The notes under the pieces: model-generated
What the model was told of the DNA's origin: nothing
Seen by the model: only the letters and a program-made list of their open reading frames with translations
The model's database searches: none
Virus record (IMG/VR): IMGVR_UViG_3300032239_001225
Coordinates: 1 to 62,047 of that record
Direction: 5' to 3' (one strand)
Origin: a virus
Taxonomy: Duplodnaviria; Caudoviricetes
DNA: 62,047 nucleotides
Program-made: the position numbers and the translations under genes
In this document: piece by piece, positions 1 to 11,900 of the stretch
How positions within the stretch are numbered: position 1 is the first letter of the stretch
Layout: every line of letters begins with the position of its first letter

Positions 1-66
1 GAAACAAAAATACAAAAAAGTATATGGCAAGGACACTTCCTCGGTGTTAATAGCTTAACTAAATAA
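1..66 (+). CDS. C-terminal fragment of upstream gene, probably scaffold or prohead protease (ETKIQKSIWQGHFLGVNSLTK*)
   Basis: Open frame from base 1 to TAA at 64-66, directly upstream of the major capsid gene; function inferred from position only. Confidence 0.55.
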   Translation, partial: ETKIQKSIWQGHFLGVNSLTK

Positions 67-75
67 TCTAGAAAA

Positions 76-97
76 AATAAGGTGGTGAAATAAATAA
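76..97 (+). promoter_or_regulatory. Extended Shine-Dalgarno leader AATAAGGTGGTGAAATAAATAA
   Basis: AAGGTGGTGA is a 9/10 match to the anti-SD complement; near-identical leaders precede 4439 and 54394. Confidence 0.7.
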
Positions 98-1225
98 ATG
101 AGTAATGAACTTTTACAAAAAGTAATAGATACAACAAATCTCGGAACATCAGGTTCTGATCTTTCAGGTGACGGACGTACCCTCTCAGGTACTGGTTTAC
201 TTTATCCAGATCAGGCTAATCGTTTCCTTGATTACATGTGGGATGCAACGATTCTTGCTAAGGCAGCTCGTACAATCCGCATGCGTTCAAACACAACAGA
301 GATTGATCGTGTTGCAGTAGGACAAAGAATCATGACAGTTGCACAGGAAGATAATCCTCGTGATTATGTTAACGCTGGTGGATCACAATTCGCTAATGCA
401 GCAGCAACTTTCGCAAAGATTTCTTTGACAACTCGCAAGCTTCGTCTTGATTGGGAACTTTCATCTGAGTCTCTTGAGGATAACCTCGAAGGCCCAGACC
501 TAGAAGATCACATTGCACGTTTGATGGCTACCCAGGCTGGTAACGACATTGAGGATGTTTTGATCAATGGTACAGGTACTGACACTGGTTTGCTCTCAGC
601 GTTTAAGGGCTTCCGTAAGCTTGCAGTAGACAACGCTCACGTTGTTGATGCACAGGGTGTTGGACTTGATAAGGCTGTTTTCAACCTTGCAATTAAGACC
701 CTCCCACGTAAGTACAAGCAACGCCGTAATCAGCTTCGCTTCTTCACAGGATCGAATTTGGTACAAGATTACCTATACAACCTAACAGCTAATGCTGGTT
801 CGCTCAACCCATTCGATATCGCTTCTGGCGTTATTCGTGGTGATGTTGCAGCTAACGATGGTGGTCCAGGTACTACTACTCCGTTTGCTTTCGGTATTCC
901 CGTTATCAACGTTCCATTGATGGATGAGACACTTGCTGGAGATTACAATTCTCCTTCAGGTCTTCATGGAGATGTCCATTTGACATTCCCGCAGAACTTC
1001 ATCATTGGTATCAAGCGTGATGTAACTGTCTATCGCTTGTTCCAACCAAAGAAGGATACAATTGAGTATACCCTCTTTATACGTGTTGGTGCAGCAATGG
1101 AAAACTACGACGCACACGTTATCGTTAAGAACGTCAAGGTATCAGGTTCAGTTGCCGATGGTGCATTTGGTTCCGTATCACACGGAGCACATGTCCAAGG
1201 TGGTAACTCAACATACACATTCTAA
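98..1225 (+). CDS. Major capsid protein (HK97 fold)
   Basis: 375 aa; L.P.QA.RF.D, ESLEDNLEG, NDIED..INGTG and P.N.I.G motifs; strong leader and downstream terminator. Confidence 0.92.
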   Translation: MSNELLQKVIDTTNLGTSGSDLSGDGRTLSGTGLLYPDQANRFLDYMWDATILAKAARTIRMRSNTTEIDRVAVGQRIMTVAQEDNPRDYVNAGGSQFANAAATFAKISLTTRKLRLDWELSSESLEDNLEGPDLEDHIARLMATQAGNDIEDVLINGTGTDTGLLSAFKGFRKLAVDNAHVVDAQGVGLDKAVFNLAIKTLPRKYKQRRNQLRFFTGSNLVQDYLYNLTANAGSLNPFDIASGVIRGDVAANDGGPGTTTPFAFGIPVINVPLMDETLAGDYNSPSGLHGDVHLTFPQNFIIGIKRDVTVYRLFQPKKDTIEYTLFIRVGAAMENYDAHVIVKNVKVSGSVADGAFGSVSHGAHVQGGNSTYTF

Positions 1226-1242
1226 TTTTAAATTAGATGCAA

Positions 1243-1280
1243 GATCGGGGGAATACACGAGTATTCCCCTTGATCATTTT
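1243..1280 (+). terminator. Intrinsic terminator after capsid gene
   Basis: GGGGAATAC-ACGA-GTATTCCCC stem extended by GATC/GATC, followed by ATTTT. Confidence 0.75.
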
Positions 1281-1281
1281 C

Positions 1282-1290
1282 TGCTATAAT
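1282..1290 (+). promoter_or_regulatory. Extended -10 promoter (TGcTATAAT)
   Basis: Consensus TGnTATAAT just after the terminator and upstream of 1315. Confidence 0.6.
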
Positions 1291-1314
1291 TATCAATGAC
1301 GAGAGGAAAAATAA

Positions 1315-1701
1315 ATGTCATTTACAGAATTAAAAATTTCAGATTTAAGAAAAGTTGCAGACTCATTCGGAGTTGATGCAAAAGAAGCTAAAACAAAGCA
1401 AGAAATAGTAGCACTTCTTGAAGAAGAAGGCGTTACATATCAGATGTATAATCAATTAAATTCTAATGAAAAAGTTGAAATAGATTTACCTAAAAAGAAA
1501 GAGGCAAAGATGCCAAAGACACAAAATTCAGTATTGGTTAAGATGGAAAGATCAAATCATTCATATCAAACTATTGGATACACATTTACAGATACACACC
1601 CATTTGTGGCTATGTCAGAATCAGACGCACAGCGTATTTTTGACACACAAGAGGGATTCCGCCTAGCAACTCCAAGAGAAGCTCAGGAGTTCTACGCATA
1701 A
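1315..1701 (+). CDS. Head-associated protein with N-terminal Rho-N/HeH-like helical motif
   Basis: LKISDLRKVADSFGV...KTKQEIVALL pattern; lies between capsid and adaptor genes. Confidence 0.5.
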   Translation: MSFTELKISDLRKVADSFGVDAKEAKTKQEIVALLEEEGVTYQMYNQLNSNEKVEIDLPKKKEAKMPKTQNSVLVKMERSNHSYQTIGYTFTDTHPFVAMSESDAQRIFDTQEGFRLATPREAQEFYA

Positions 1702-1716
1702 TAGGAGGCAATTCAA

Positions 1717-2664
1717 TTGCAAGATATAACCAAAGGTACGCAAGAAAAAATACACTTAAACGTATTTAATGATAATGTGTTGGTGCAAGCAGACCACCCA
1801 CCATTGGTTACTATCTACGATGCCGATAATGATGCTAACCCAATCCCTGGGTTCACGGGGATTGCAACAGACGAAGAACCAGAAGGTATATACTCATATA
1901 TGCTAACTCCTTCTTTAACAGATGTTACTCGTGTTTTAAAAATTGTATGGGCATATTCAATCAATTCTGTAGCATTTACTCAATATGATTATTACAGAGT
2001 AAGTCAAGTATATGCTACTGTAAGTGATATTATAGACTTTATGGGATTTGGATCTACTCCATATGACCTCAATTATCAAAGTCCCGAAAAAATTACATCT
2101 GCTGAAAAGCTTGCCAGAACTATTATTGATGGCTACACTGGACAATCATTTTCTACATATTATGGTTCACAAGAAGTATTTGGTACAGGTTCAGATGCTG
2201 CAGAATTAACAGAAAGAGCTTTAACTCTTGATAAAGTTTGGGAAAACGACATACTTGTAATTGATAATACTGTAGATCCTTATATCAATACATTTGGGTT
2301 TGCACTTGAAATAAGCCCAACAGGTAGAGCAATAAGAATTGTAAATGCGGGATGGGATGTAAGGTATGATAATCAAGTAGACCCATTAGTATTATATTAT
2401 GGTAGATTTAGAGCAGGAACAAGATATAAGTTCCAAGGTCAAATTGGATATAAGTATGTACCAGAAGATATTAAAATTGCAGCAATGTTGCTAGTCGGAG
2501 ATATTCTTGCTAATGACTTTAACTGGAGAAACAAGTATCTTAAAAAGATTGACCTTTCCGAAATTTCATTTGAAATGGCAGGGGGAGCATTTAACGGAAC
2601 TGGTAATGTAACTGTAGATAATATCTTGGATCAATACCGCAACGTTAATATCATAATCATCTAA
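1717..2664 (+). CDS. Head-to-tail adaptor protein
   Basis: YATVSDI, ARTIIDGYTG and G.IGY..VPEDIKIAAMLL motifs typical of adaptors; TTG start with GGAGG SD. Confidence 0.75.
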   Translation: MQDITKGTQEKIHLNVFNDNVLVQADHPPLVTIYDADNDANPIPGFTGIATDEEPEGIYSYMLTPSLTDVTRVLKIVWAYSINSVAFTQYDYYRVSQVYATVSDIIDFMGFGSTPYDLNYQSPEKITSAEKLARTIIDGYTGQSFSTYYGSQEVFGTGSDAAELTERALTLDKVWENDILVIDNTVDPYINTFGFALEISPTGRAIRIVNAGWDVRYDNQVDPLVLYYGRFRAGTRYKFQGQIGYKYVPEDIKIAAMLLVGDILANDFNWRNKYLKKIDLSEISFEMAGGAFNGTGNVTVDNILDQYRNVNIIII

Positions 2665-3119
2665 TGTTAAATTCAATTATAGGTTCTATTATGAACATGT
2701 CTGCAGAAATATTTATGCAGCAGAATGCCCAAGATCCTGCATCAGGTGCTATAACCAGAGAATGGGTTTATGAAAAAACAATTCCTTGCAAGATTGAACC
2801 ATTTAAAGCAAGAGGAACAAGTTCAAGAGGAGACAGTAAGACCTTCTCAGCGGGCAATAATGCACAAGCAGAATATACTGAAGGATTGCTACTTAAAATG
2901 AAATGTACAGAGCTTTTAAGTAAGCGTTGGAGAATAAACTTTATTAGATCAAGCGATGGTCAACCAGTGTTTGTTGAAATAGATAGATATGGAAATCCAG
3001 ATTCTGTATTTGAAGTTGTTGCATCACATGCAGTTCTTGATCCGTTTGGAAAAGTTTCATATTATGAAGCCACATTAAAGAGAGTTCCTGTCCAAACAAA
3101 TGATAAAACTATCAATTGA
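2664..3119 (+). CDS. Head-to-tail stopper/closure protein
   Basis: Position after adaptor; beta-rich 151 aa with QDP.SG....W and DPFG motifs. Confidence 0.6.
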   Translation: MLNSIIGSIMNMSAEIFMQQNAQDPASGAITREWVYEKTIPCKIEPFKARGTSSRGDSKTFSAGNNAQAEYTEGLLLKMKCTELLSKRWRINFIRSSDGQPVFVEIDRYGNPDSVFEVVASHAVLDPFGKVSYYEATLKRVPVQTNDKTIN

Positions 3120-3828
3120 TCAAATAAGTTTAAATAGTTTAAGTAAAGAGCTTGAATCAAAAATTGAAACATTTTCTAAGTTTACAGAAAGCTCAATAAT
3201 AGATGATATTGCAAGAGCAGCTTTTGTAATATTAGGTGAAAGATTTATGAAGGCTACAGATGTTTACTCTTCTGTTTTTCCTAAAAGAATGCACCATGTA
3301 TATGAGTGGAAGCAAGTTGGAAATCCAAGAGCAAGATTATTTGTACTTGAAAGATCATATATTTTAAATGGAAAACTTGAAATATCTTCAAAATTTTTAA
3401 TGTCAAAAACTCCAGTTCCAGTTCCTGCTGAATTAACTGCTATTAATAAAAAGGGTAAATATGTAAGCACACGAACTATTTTTGCACAAAAAGCAGAAGT
3501 TATGGAAAGCGGAAGAGCGGTAAGTTTTGTAGCAAAAAAGACCTTGGCGTTTTTGGGCACACAAGGTATTCAATTTATAAGAGCAGGAAAAATTGTTAAT
3601 ATAGCAAATCCTGGAGGAGTAGCAGTAAAGAACTCTTTTGGAACTCATATGTCTGAATGGTTTGCTAAGAATTCTCAACCAATTATGGATTCTTCTGGGT
3701 TATATGAGAAAATAGTACAAGAAGCAACCAAAGTACTTAACCAAAATGGAGCGGGAATAAAGGATGTAGAAATTGTTGTAAAGCAAATAGTAGATACAAT
3801 AGCAACGAATATGGTGGAGATTAAATGA
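3100..3828 (+). CDS. Neck/tail completion protein (putative)
   Basis: Position in the neck module; HHVYEW motif. Confidence 0.45.
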   Translation: MIKLSIDQISLNSLSKELESKIETFSKFTESSIIDDIARAAFVILGERFMKATDVYSSVFPKRMHHVYEWKQVGNPRARLFVLERSYILNGKLEISSKFLMSKTPVPVPAELTAINKKGKYVSTRTIFAQKAEVMESGRAVSFVAKKTLAFLGTQGIQFIRAGKIVNIANPGGVAVKNSFGTHMSEWFAKNSQPIMDSSGLYEKIVQEATKVLNQNGAGIKDVEIVVKQIVDTIATNMVEIK

Positions 3829-4340
3829 CTGCAGATTATAAAAAGATAGCTTTCTATGATATTAGAAACGTTTTATGGCAAGAATTACAAAACGCCAACA
3901 TGTTGGATTATAACGACTATTATGCTGATGGATTTGATGAGGGTATGATTCCTATTATCCCAGCACAAGAAATTCCAGAATTTAATAATTTATTGCCAGG
4001 AAAAACATATATAATTTATGATATTGTTAAAAAGAACATAGGCGTGGGCTGGTGGATGGACGAAGAAACTGTCACCTTAAGCATTGTTTCAAGAAGTCAA
4101 AATCAGATTCAAACAATAGTCAACTTCCTAGTTGACGTATTTAGAAGATATGACAAATCGGCCAAAGAAGTTCAACTGCAAATATCCGCAAATAGTCCAT
4201 TTAAGTTTCATTATTTTAAGCTTGATTCTGCAGACCCAGTTCAAGCCTTTAGTGATGAGGGCGGGTTTATGTTGGGCAATATATCAATCTCGTATGCTTT
4301 TACAAGAGATCTAGACCCAGTTACTGGAAGATACCTATAA
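3825..4340 (+). CDS. Tail terminator protein (putative)
   Basis: 171 aa immediately upstream of the tail tube gene. Confidence 0.55.
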   Translation: MTADYKKIAFYDIRNVLWQELQNANMLDYNDYYADGFDEGMIPIIPAQEIPEFNNLLPGKTYIIYDIVKKNIGVGWWMDEETVTLSIVSRSQNQIQTIVNFLVDVFRRYDKSAKEVQLQISANSPFKFHYFKLDSADPVQAFSDEGGFMLGNISISYAFTRDLDPVTGRYL

Positions 4341-4438
4341 ATTTGCTTTATATCAAACTAATGCTATCCTTTTATATGAGGAAGTAAAATTGTTTTATTT
4401 TTTTTATTCTAAATAAAATAAGGTGGTGAAATAAAAAA

Positions 4439-5167
4439 ATGGCTACAAATACAAAAAATGTTATTGTCGGAGCAGCAGATCTATTCCTTAGCGTTGGAAA
4501 CAACTCTAATTCAACTGGTCGTCCAGCTACTGACGCAACAACTCTAGGATCTTTGTTTGGTGCAACTCAGTCAGCACGTACAGGTCTATTATCGTCAACT
4601 GCTTACAGCGAACTCGGATTCACATCAACAGGTCTTGAAATTTCATACGAACCAGTATATGGTGAAGTAATGGTTGATCAGCTTTTAGACGCAGCTCGTT
4701 TATTCAAGCAAACCCTTAAGGTTATGCTTAAGACAGAGCTTGTAGAAGCAACTCTTGAGAATCTTACTCTTTCATGGGGTCAGATGGATTCATACTATGT
4801 AAACGCTTCAGGAAGTGCGATTTCTAATGTAAACACATTAGCATCAGGAACTCCAGTAAATGCTGAGACAGGTGCAACCCTTAATATGGCTGCAGGTGCT
4901 CTCGGAGATGCTCCAGTAGAACGTACACTCATTGCTGTTGGAAATGCTCCATCAACAATTAAGGGTGCTGCAACTACAAAGCGTAACAAAGAGCGTGTAT
5001 ATGTTGCACGTCGTGTTGTTTCAATTGACACAACGGCTCACGGATTAAAGCGTGATTCAGCAACAGTATTCCCAGTAAACTTCCGTTGCTTACCAGATGA
5101 TTCAAATGCTTCTTATGCAGGAGCTGAATATGGTGTAGTAATTGACCGTGTATGGGGATCTAATTAA
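4439..5167 (+). CDS. Major tail tube protein
   Basis: NVIVGAA, LGFTS.GLEISYEP and T.L.EATLENL motifs; strong leader and terminator. Confidence 0.88.
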   Translation: MATNTKNVIVGAADLFLSVGNNSNSTGRPATDATTLGSLFGATQSARTGLLSSTAYSELGFTSTGLEISYEPVYGEVMVDQLLDAARLFKQTLKVMLKTELVEATLENLTLSWGQMDSYYVNASGSAISNVNTLASGTPVNAETGATLNMAAGALGDAPVERTLIAVGNAPSTIKGAATTKRNKERVYVARRVVSIDTTAHGLKRDSATVFPVNFRCLPDDSNASYAGAEYGVVIDRVWGSN

Positions 5168-5198
5168 TTTAAAAAATTAGTCTACAACTTAATATTGA

Positions 5199-5240
5199 AT
5201 TCAAGCCCTCCAAGAAATTGGGGGGTCTTGAGTTTGTTTA
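5199..5240 (+). terminator. Intrinsic terminator after tail tube gene
   Basis: TCAAGCCCTCCAA-GAAA-TTGGGGGGTCTTGA hairpin followed by GTTTGTTT. Confidence 0.7.
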
Positions 5241-5252
5241 TACTTATTTTAT

Positions 5253-5261
5253 TGGTATAAT
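5253..5261 (+). promoter_or_regulatory. Extended -10 promoter (TGgTATAAT)
   Basis: Consensus match upstream of the tail chaperone gene. Confidence 0.6.
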
Positions 5262-5288
5262 TTAACTAACTAACAAAGGAGCTACAAA

Positions 5289-5624
5289 TTGGCAACAACA
5301 GTATATGATATATTAGAGATATCTCTTAGAGATGGTAGTACACTAGAGCTTAAGCCATTGGCTATTAAGCAGTTAAGAAAATTCATGGAGATTGTTAATT
5401 CCATGCAAGAACAGGAAAATGAAAATCCAGATGCAGCAATGGATATTTTTATTAAAGCAGCAATGGTATGCCTAGAAACAATTAGACCAGAATTATCAAC
5501 AGATAAAGATAAGTTTGAGGAATTAATTGAAGTTCCAACAATGATGAAGATTCTTGAAGTTGTTGGTGGATTAAAGCTTACAGACCCAAACCTACTAGGA
5601 GCGGCACTAGTTGGGACGGACTAG
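5289..5624 (+). CDS. Tail assembly chaperone (gpG-like)
   Basis: Between tail tube and tape measure genes; slippery heptamer near the 3' end. Confidence 0.8.
   Translation: MATTVYDILEISLRDGSTLELKPLAIKQLRKFMEIVNSMQEQENENPDAAMDIFIKAAMVCLETIRPELSTDKDKFEELIEVPTMMKILEVVGGLKLTDPNLLGAALVGTD
5585..5591 (+). other. -1 ribosomal frameshift slippery site C CCA AAC
   Basis: X XXY YYZ in the correct phase; -1 frame is open from here to 5908. Confidence 0.75.
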
Positions 5625-5908
5625 ACTTACGCTCCTTAGAATCCGAAGTATTCTTGCTAGGTCATTGGAAAAATTTTGATGAACTAGAATCTAATCTCTC
5701 TTTGGAGGAATTGATGGCTTTGCTTGATGTTTCAAGAAAAAAAGATTATGATGACAAGAAGTTTATTGCAGCAATAAATGGAGTTGATCTTGAAGAGCAA
5801 TCTAAAGACAACGAAGATATAGCTGATCTTAAAGGTTTTGCAGCAAGCAAAGATGGCTTTGGTGTAGATCAAGGTATCGCAGTGATGCAAATGGGGGAGG
5901 ATGAGTAA
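5591..5908 (+). CDS. Tail assembly chaperone frameshift extension (gpT-like; track ORF 5654..5908)
   Basis: -1 frame reads PTRSGTSWDGLDLRSLESEVFLLGHWKNFDELE... without stops into the track ORF. Confidence 0.75.
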   Translation, partial: PTRSGTSWDGLDLRSLESEVFLLGHWKNFDELESNLSLEELMALLDVSRKKDYDDKKFIAAINGVDLEEQSKDNEDIADLKGFAASKDGFGVDQGIAVMQMGEDE

Positions 5909-8900
5909 TGGCACAAGTTGAATTAAATATAGTTGCCCTTGGCGATTTCTCCTCCGTTAATGCACAGATAAAATCTTTGCAAGAACAAGTATTGCTTTTA
6001 CAAAAGAATATGGCAGGAGTTGGAGTAAGCTCTAACTTTGCTAAAGAATTAGCAAGTGTCAACGCAGCATTCAGGCAAACAATGCTATCAACTGGTCAAT
6101 TTACTGCTGCAACAGTAAAAATGACTTCAGAAACAGAAAAATTTGGTCAAGCACTTGTTACTGGTAAATTAAAACTTACTGATTATTACAATATAATTAA
6201 ACAAAAGAATTCTGAAGCAGTAACTCAAATGAAAGCTCTTGCAGTAGAGCAAACAAAACTTCAAAATTCTATAGTTATGAATGATCCTTCTAAGCAAGGA
6301 ATTCTTTCTGTATACACCCCAACTCAAATTAATAAAGTTGCAAATGCTACAAAGATTGCAACTCATGAAGCAAATCTTTATGCTATAGCAGTTCAAAAAG
6401 GATCTGAGCAATTAATTACTTGGGGTAAAAATACTCAGTGGGCAGGTCGTCAGTTAACTGTTGGTATGTCTGTTCCACTTATGATATTTGGACAGCAAGC
6501 AACAAAAGTATTTACTGATGTAAATAATGAATTAGTTAGATTACAAAAAGTTTATGGAACAGGTTTAGTACAACCTTCAAAGCAAGCACTTGATGCAATA
6601 AAATCACAAGTTACAGGATTAGCAAGAGAGCTTGCAAGCACTATGGGTGTTGCTGCAAAAGATACTGCAGCAATGGCAGCTGACTTAGCTGCAACTGGAA
6701 AAACTGGAAATGATTTGCTTGTAGCAACAAGAGAAGCTATGAGGCTTTCAAAATTAGGAGAGCTTGATACTCAAGCAGCAATGAAAGCAACAGTATCATT
6801 GCAAAATGTTTATAAGTTAAGCACACAACAACTTTCTGGAGCAATAGATTTTCTTAACGCAGTTGAAAACCAAACATCAACAAGCTTACAAGATTTAGTT
6901 GATGGTATTCCCCGTGTAGGACCAATTGTTCAACAACTTGGCGGTTCCTTCAAAGATACTGCTGTAATGATGGTAGCTATGAAAGAAGCAGGAGTTCCAG
7001 CAGCTCAATCTGCAAATGCAATTAAATCTGCAATTGCTTCATTAATTAATCCTACAGTAGGTGCACAAAAAGCTTTTGCTGCATTTCATATTAATTTAAA
7101 AGATATAGCAACTTCAACAGGTGGAAATCCAATAAAAATGATTATGGAGTTGCAAACTGCATTAAAAGGTTTGCAGCCTTTAGCACAAGCTCAATTAATT
7201 GAAAAGCTTTTTGGTAAATTCCAAGAAGCAAGAATCCAAGCACTTATAGCAAATTTGGGTGCTAATAATAGTCAAACAAAAACAGCTTTTGACCTTATGA
7301 ATGCTAATAGTCAACAACTTGCAGCAGTAGCTGCGGGAGAAATGAAAACTGCCACAGAGTCAGTTACTGGCAAATATCAAAGATCATTACAAACTTTTAA
7401 AGCTAATTTAATTCCAGTAGGACAAGAATTAGTTAAAATAGCAACTAAGCTTTTAGATTTTGGAAATTCAGTGGGTAAAGTATTTAGTGGATTGCCAGGA
7501 CCATTAAAATCTATTATGGGTGCAATTGCAATAGGTATTGCATTAGCTGGTCCAATTATTATGTTAACTGGTTTATTTGCTAACTTTGCAGGATATGTAT
7601 TAAAAGGATTTTTTAATTTAAAACAGTTAGCAACAGGTGGAAAAACATTAGGTCAGCTTTTAACACCAGAATTAATTGCTGCAGAAAATGCAAGTAGGTT
7701 ATTTCAATCAGGAATTGCTGGAGATGTTGAAGCAGTAAATCTTCTTTCAAAGGCTATTAAAGATTTAACATTAAGTATTGAAAGCATGGTTGGTTCAATT
7801 TCAACAGGAACAGGAATTGGTAGAGTTCTGCAAAATGTTGCAACAACAGCAAGAACTGCAGAACAAATGCCTCTTCCAGGATTTGCAACTGGAAAGATGC
7901 CAAGTGGCATTGTTCCAGGAACTGGCTCTGGAAAGGTTGATACTTTCCCAGCAATGCTTGCACCAGGTGAGCTTGTTGTTGATACAGAAACAACAAGGAA
8001 ATATTGGCCACTATTAAGTCGAATAGTTACTGGAAAAGTTCCAGGATATCACGAAGGAAATTATTATGATACTAAGGGCAACTTACAGGCATTAGGTCCA
8101 CACAGTCATACATCATCAAGTCAAATTGATAAAAGAAGTAAAGAAAGAATAACAGAGCAAAGCGGAAATGCTGTATATGTTGGCCCACAAGCTGGTAATG
8201 AAGGAAGCGGTTCTATACCATCAGTCTTAAGTGGCCTTGCTGGTTATATTTCTAGAATTAGTGGTTTGGGTAATAAGTTAGAGCAAGAAGTTACTCCAGC
8301 AGTTAATGCCTTAGCCAAAGAATTAGAATTTGACCCAATGAGTGCTAATTCACAAAGAGCACAAATTTCAATGATGCATTTTTCTCCAAAAAGAACTGTA
8401 TTGCCAGGAGATGATCCAAGTAAAGGAACAAGAAAAGTTTGGGATTTCCCAGATATGGCAGCAGGTTCTCAAGGAGATAATCAGCTTTCAGTATACTTTG
8501 ATGCAACTAAAACCACTGGTAAAAAAATACGTCCATACTTAATGGGACAAGCAGAAAAAGCAAGAGCAGCAATGATTGCTGAAATTACAGATCCAAAAAC
8601 AGGAATTCTTAATGAAAACGATAGAAAAGAAGCACTTAAAGCAATAGAAGAAGGATTTGCTACAGTAACATCTGGTGGGGCAGCTATAACAAAAGAAGCA
8701 GTAGATTTAACTCATAGAGTAACTGATTTAGTTGTACAAGATATTAAAAATAAATCTGATAATTTGCCAGAGCAAATTGTTGCTCCAGAAAAATTAGATA
8801 AAAAAGGAAATATTAAATCAAAGCGTCAATTGACTGGTGCTGGCTATGATATTCTTTGGGCAAATGAAACAACAAGAAGACAGCTTTCAGGAGAACTCCC

Positions 8901-11900
8901 TGCTCCTAGTGATTTAACTGCAGACAAATGGATGCAAGAAGCAGATGTTTCAAGCCATCCAACTCCAGCTGCATTAAAGGGCAGAAAAGAACTTCCTTTT
9001 GTTCCATTAATGGGTGCAAATGCAAATGTTGCAGAAACTGGAGGTCAGTATAATTTCTCACAACTTACCCCAGAACAAGTTGCTGTACATCAAAAAGCAC
9101 TTGATCAATTTATTGCTATTGAAGTAAAAGCGGGAAGAACGGGAACTCAAGAATTTAAAGCACTACAAGATGCATATAAGAATGCAATGCAAGAATTTGA
9201 TACTCAAGCAAAAACAATAGAATCTGAGATAGAATCAATACAGCAAAGAATTTTATCTGAAGGTCCAAATATGGCTGCAAAGCAGTTAGATAAATTAAAA
9301 ATTCAATTAGAAGAACAACAAAATGCACTTGCAAGTATTGGACAAGTTATGTCCAATGGATTTGCAACAGGAATACTTGGTGGAATTCCTGAAGTTGAAG
9401 CAAGTGCAAGAAGACTTGCACAATCAGCAATTATAAGTGTTGCAAGAACTCAAAAGAGTGCTTCTAAATCTAAAGTAACAGAACAATTAGGATTTGATTT
9501 TGGCGATGGATATGATTATGGAATATTGTCAACGGTTCCACAAACAATAATTGCAGGAGAAACATTAGGTAAATCAGGCATACAAGGATTAGAAGAAGGA
9601 ATCGGTGCTTCAGGCGGTTCTACCATGCTGGGCAGAATAACTAGCAAAATTCCATTTATGGGCAAGATGATGCCTAAATTAGGCAATATGATGAATTTTG
9701 GTTTAGGAACTGCGTTTATGATTGGTGGTCAAATGTTGGCCAGCTCACTTCCAAAGAATAGTAATGCAGCTGGCCTAGCCTCAGCAGCAGCAACTGGAGC
9801 AGGAATGGCAGCTTTCATTCCTGGAGTAGGTCCAGTTGGAGGAGCAGCAATTGGATTAGCAATAGCTGGAATTAAAGATTTAATAAAGGCAGGGAAAGAA
9901 CAAGAAGCACAATCTAAAGCAACTTGGCAATCAAGTACAGCTGCAGCAACATTTTATAACAGAGCTACTGTAGATACAGTAAATCACCTTAAAGATATTA
10001 AGTATGAAGAGACTGGTTTATTTAAACCAGTTGCAGATTTAGCTAATCAATATAAACAAGTAAATGTTCAACTTGATAAATTTATAGCTATGGTTAAATC
10101 ATTACCTTCAAATGATCCATTAAGTCTTTTAATTAAAAATATTAAAGAAACATCAGATTCTAATGCTGCTGGAAAATTAGCACAAAATTTTGTAAACATA
10201 CAAACAGCAATTGGTCAAATTGATTCAGCTAAAGCAAAAGACCTTGTTAATTTAATACTTACTGCAGGTGAAAAAGGAGCATTAGTAGGATCAGTAAATG
10301 TTGCTAAATCTCAAATTGATGCAGTTATTAGTACACTCAATGCATCCTCAACAGCTGGAACATTTGGAACAGTGTTGCAACAAATTACAGCAGCAGCACA
10401 AAATACAACAAGTTTAACAACATTTAAAAACATAATTAGCGGGATACAACAGTCTAGTGCAAATTCATCTGCAGGAATTGATGCATACCGTATAAGTTTA
10501 ACTAAACTTTCAGATCAGACATTAGTTACAAAACTTGCTGCAATGGGATATAAATTAGCTGACATCATTAAGATAATGACGTTATTTCAATCTGGTGCAA
10601 TAGTAAATGTTGCAGGTGGTCCAGCAAAAACAATCGAAGCAATTAATAAACAAATTGATGCCCAATTTGCAAAAATAAATGCAGCAACTGCTCCATTAAA
10701 AGCACAACAAACAGCAACTCAGGGTCAACTTGATAACACTAACAATCAAATAACGGCTTTAGAAAAAAAGAAAGCAATTATAGATAAAGAATTAAAAACT
10801 CAACGTGATATTGCAACAGAAATGCAAAGACAGCATGATTATACTGTTTCTCAAATTGATCTTCAAAACAAACAAAAAGATGCATTTATTCACGGCGACT
10901 ATTTATCAGCAGCAACAATAGGTCAGCAAAAAGACTATGCAACAATGCAATTTAACCAACAAACAAAAGCAGTTGGATTACAAGGTCAATCTGATTTGCT
11001 TGCACAAAAAATTGCTGATCTTCAAGCCTCAGCCTCTAGTTTGTCATCTTCTATAACTACACTTGGAAATAAAATTCAAACTCTTGCAGATACAATTGCA
11101 AAAACACCTGTAAAAACAGGAGGAGATGTTATTGGTGTAGATTCTGGTAATTTAGGAATACATGCAGTATATCCAAAACCAAATGAACCTGGTTACAATC
11201 CTGCGGGAATGCCAATATATGAGGATAAATATGGAAACATAGTAGATCCAAACACTGCAGCTACAATTCCAGTAAATGCTCCAAAAGGAATAGATTCAAA
11301 AGGAACACATAATCCAGTTGAAGAAAAGGGAGTTCATAAAGCTTATAGTGGAGTTCCAACAGATCTTAAAGGAGGACCATATCCATATAAAGATAAAGCA
11401 ACTGGATTAACATATCTATCGAACGGTCTAGTGCTTGATAAAAACAATAAAATAATTTCTCAATGGTATAGAGCACCAGAAGGTGATAACTCTGGAAGTA
11501 CTGTTGTTGCATTTGCAGATGGTGGTCATATAAGAGGAGCTGGAACTGCAACATCTGATTCAATCCCAGCCTACCTTTCTAACGGAGAATATGTTGTTAA
11601 AGCAGATGCTGTATCTCATTATGGAACTAGTTTTTTTGATTCAGTAAATGCAAAGAAATTTAAAGATGGTGGGCCAACTACACCTAATAAATCATTAGTT
11701 CAAAAAGCCTGGGATTATATGATATTTCCTCAAATTCTAGCACTAGATAGATTAAATGCTACAGCTGCTCAATCAGATCCAATTGCTTCTACAAATAAAA
11801 AACAATATAAAGCATGGGAAATCGCAGCTAAAAATGGAAAGGGTATGTCTGTTTTTTGGCAAGAATTTTTACAAACATTATTTGATACTTCTATGCTTCT

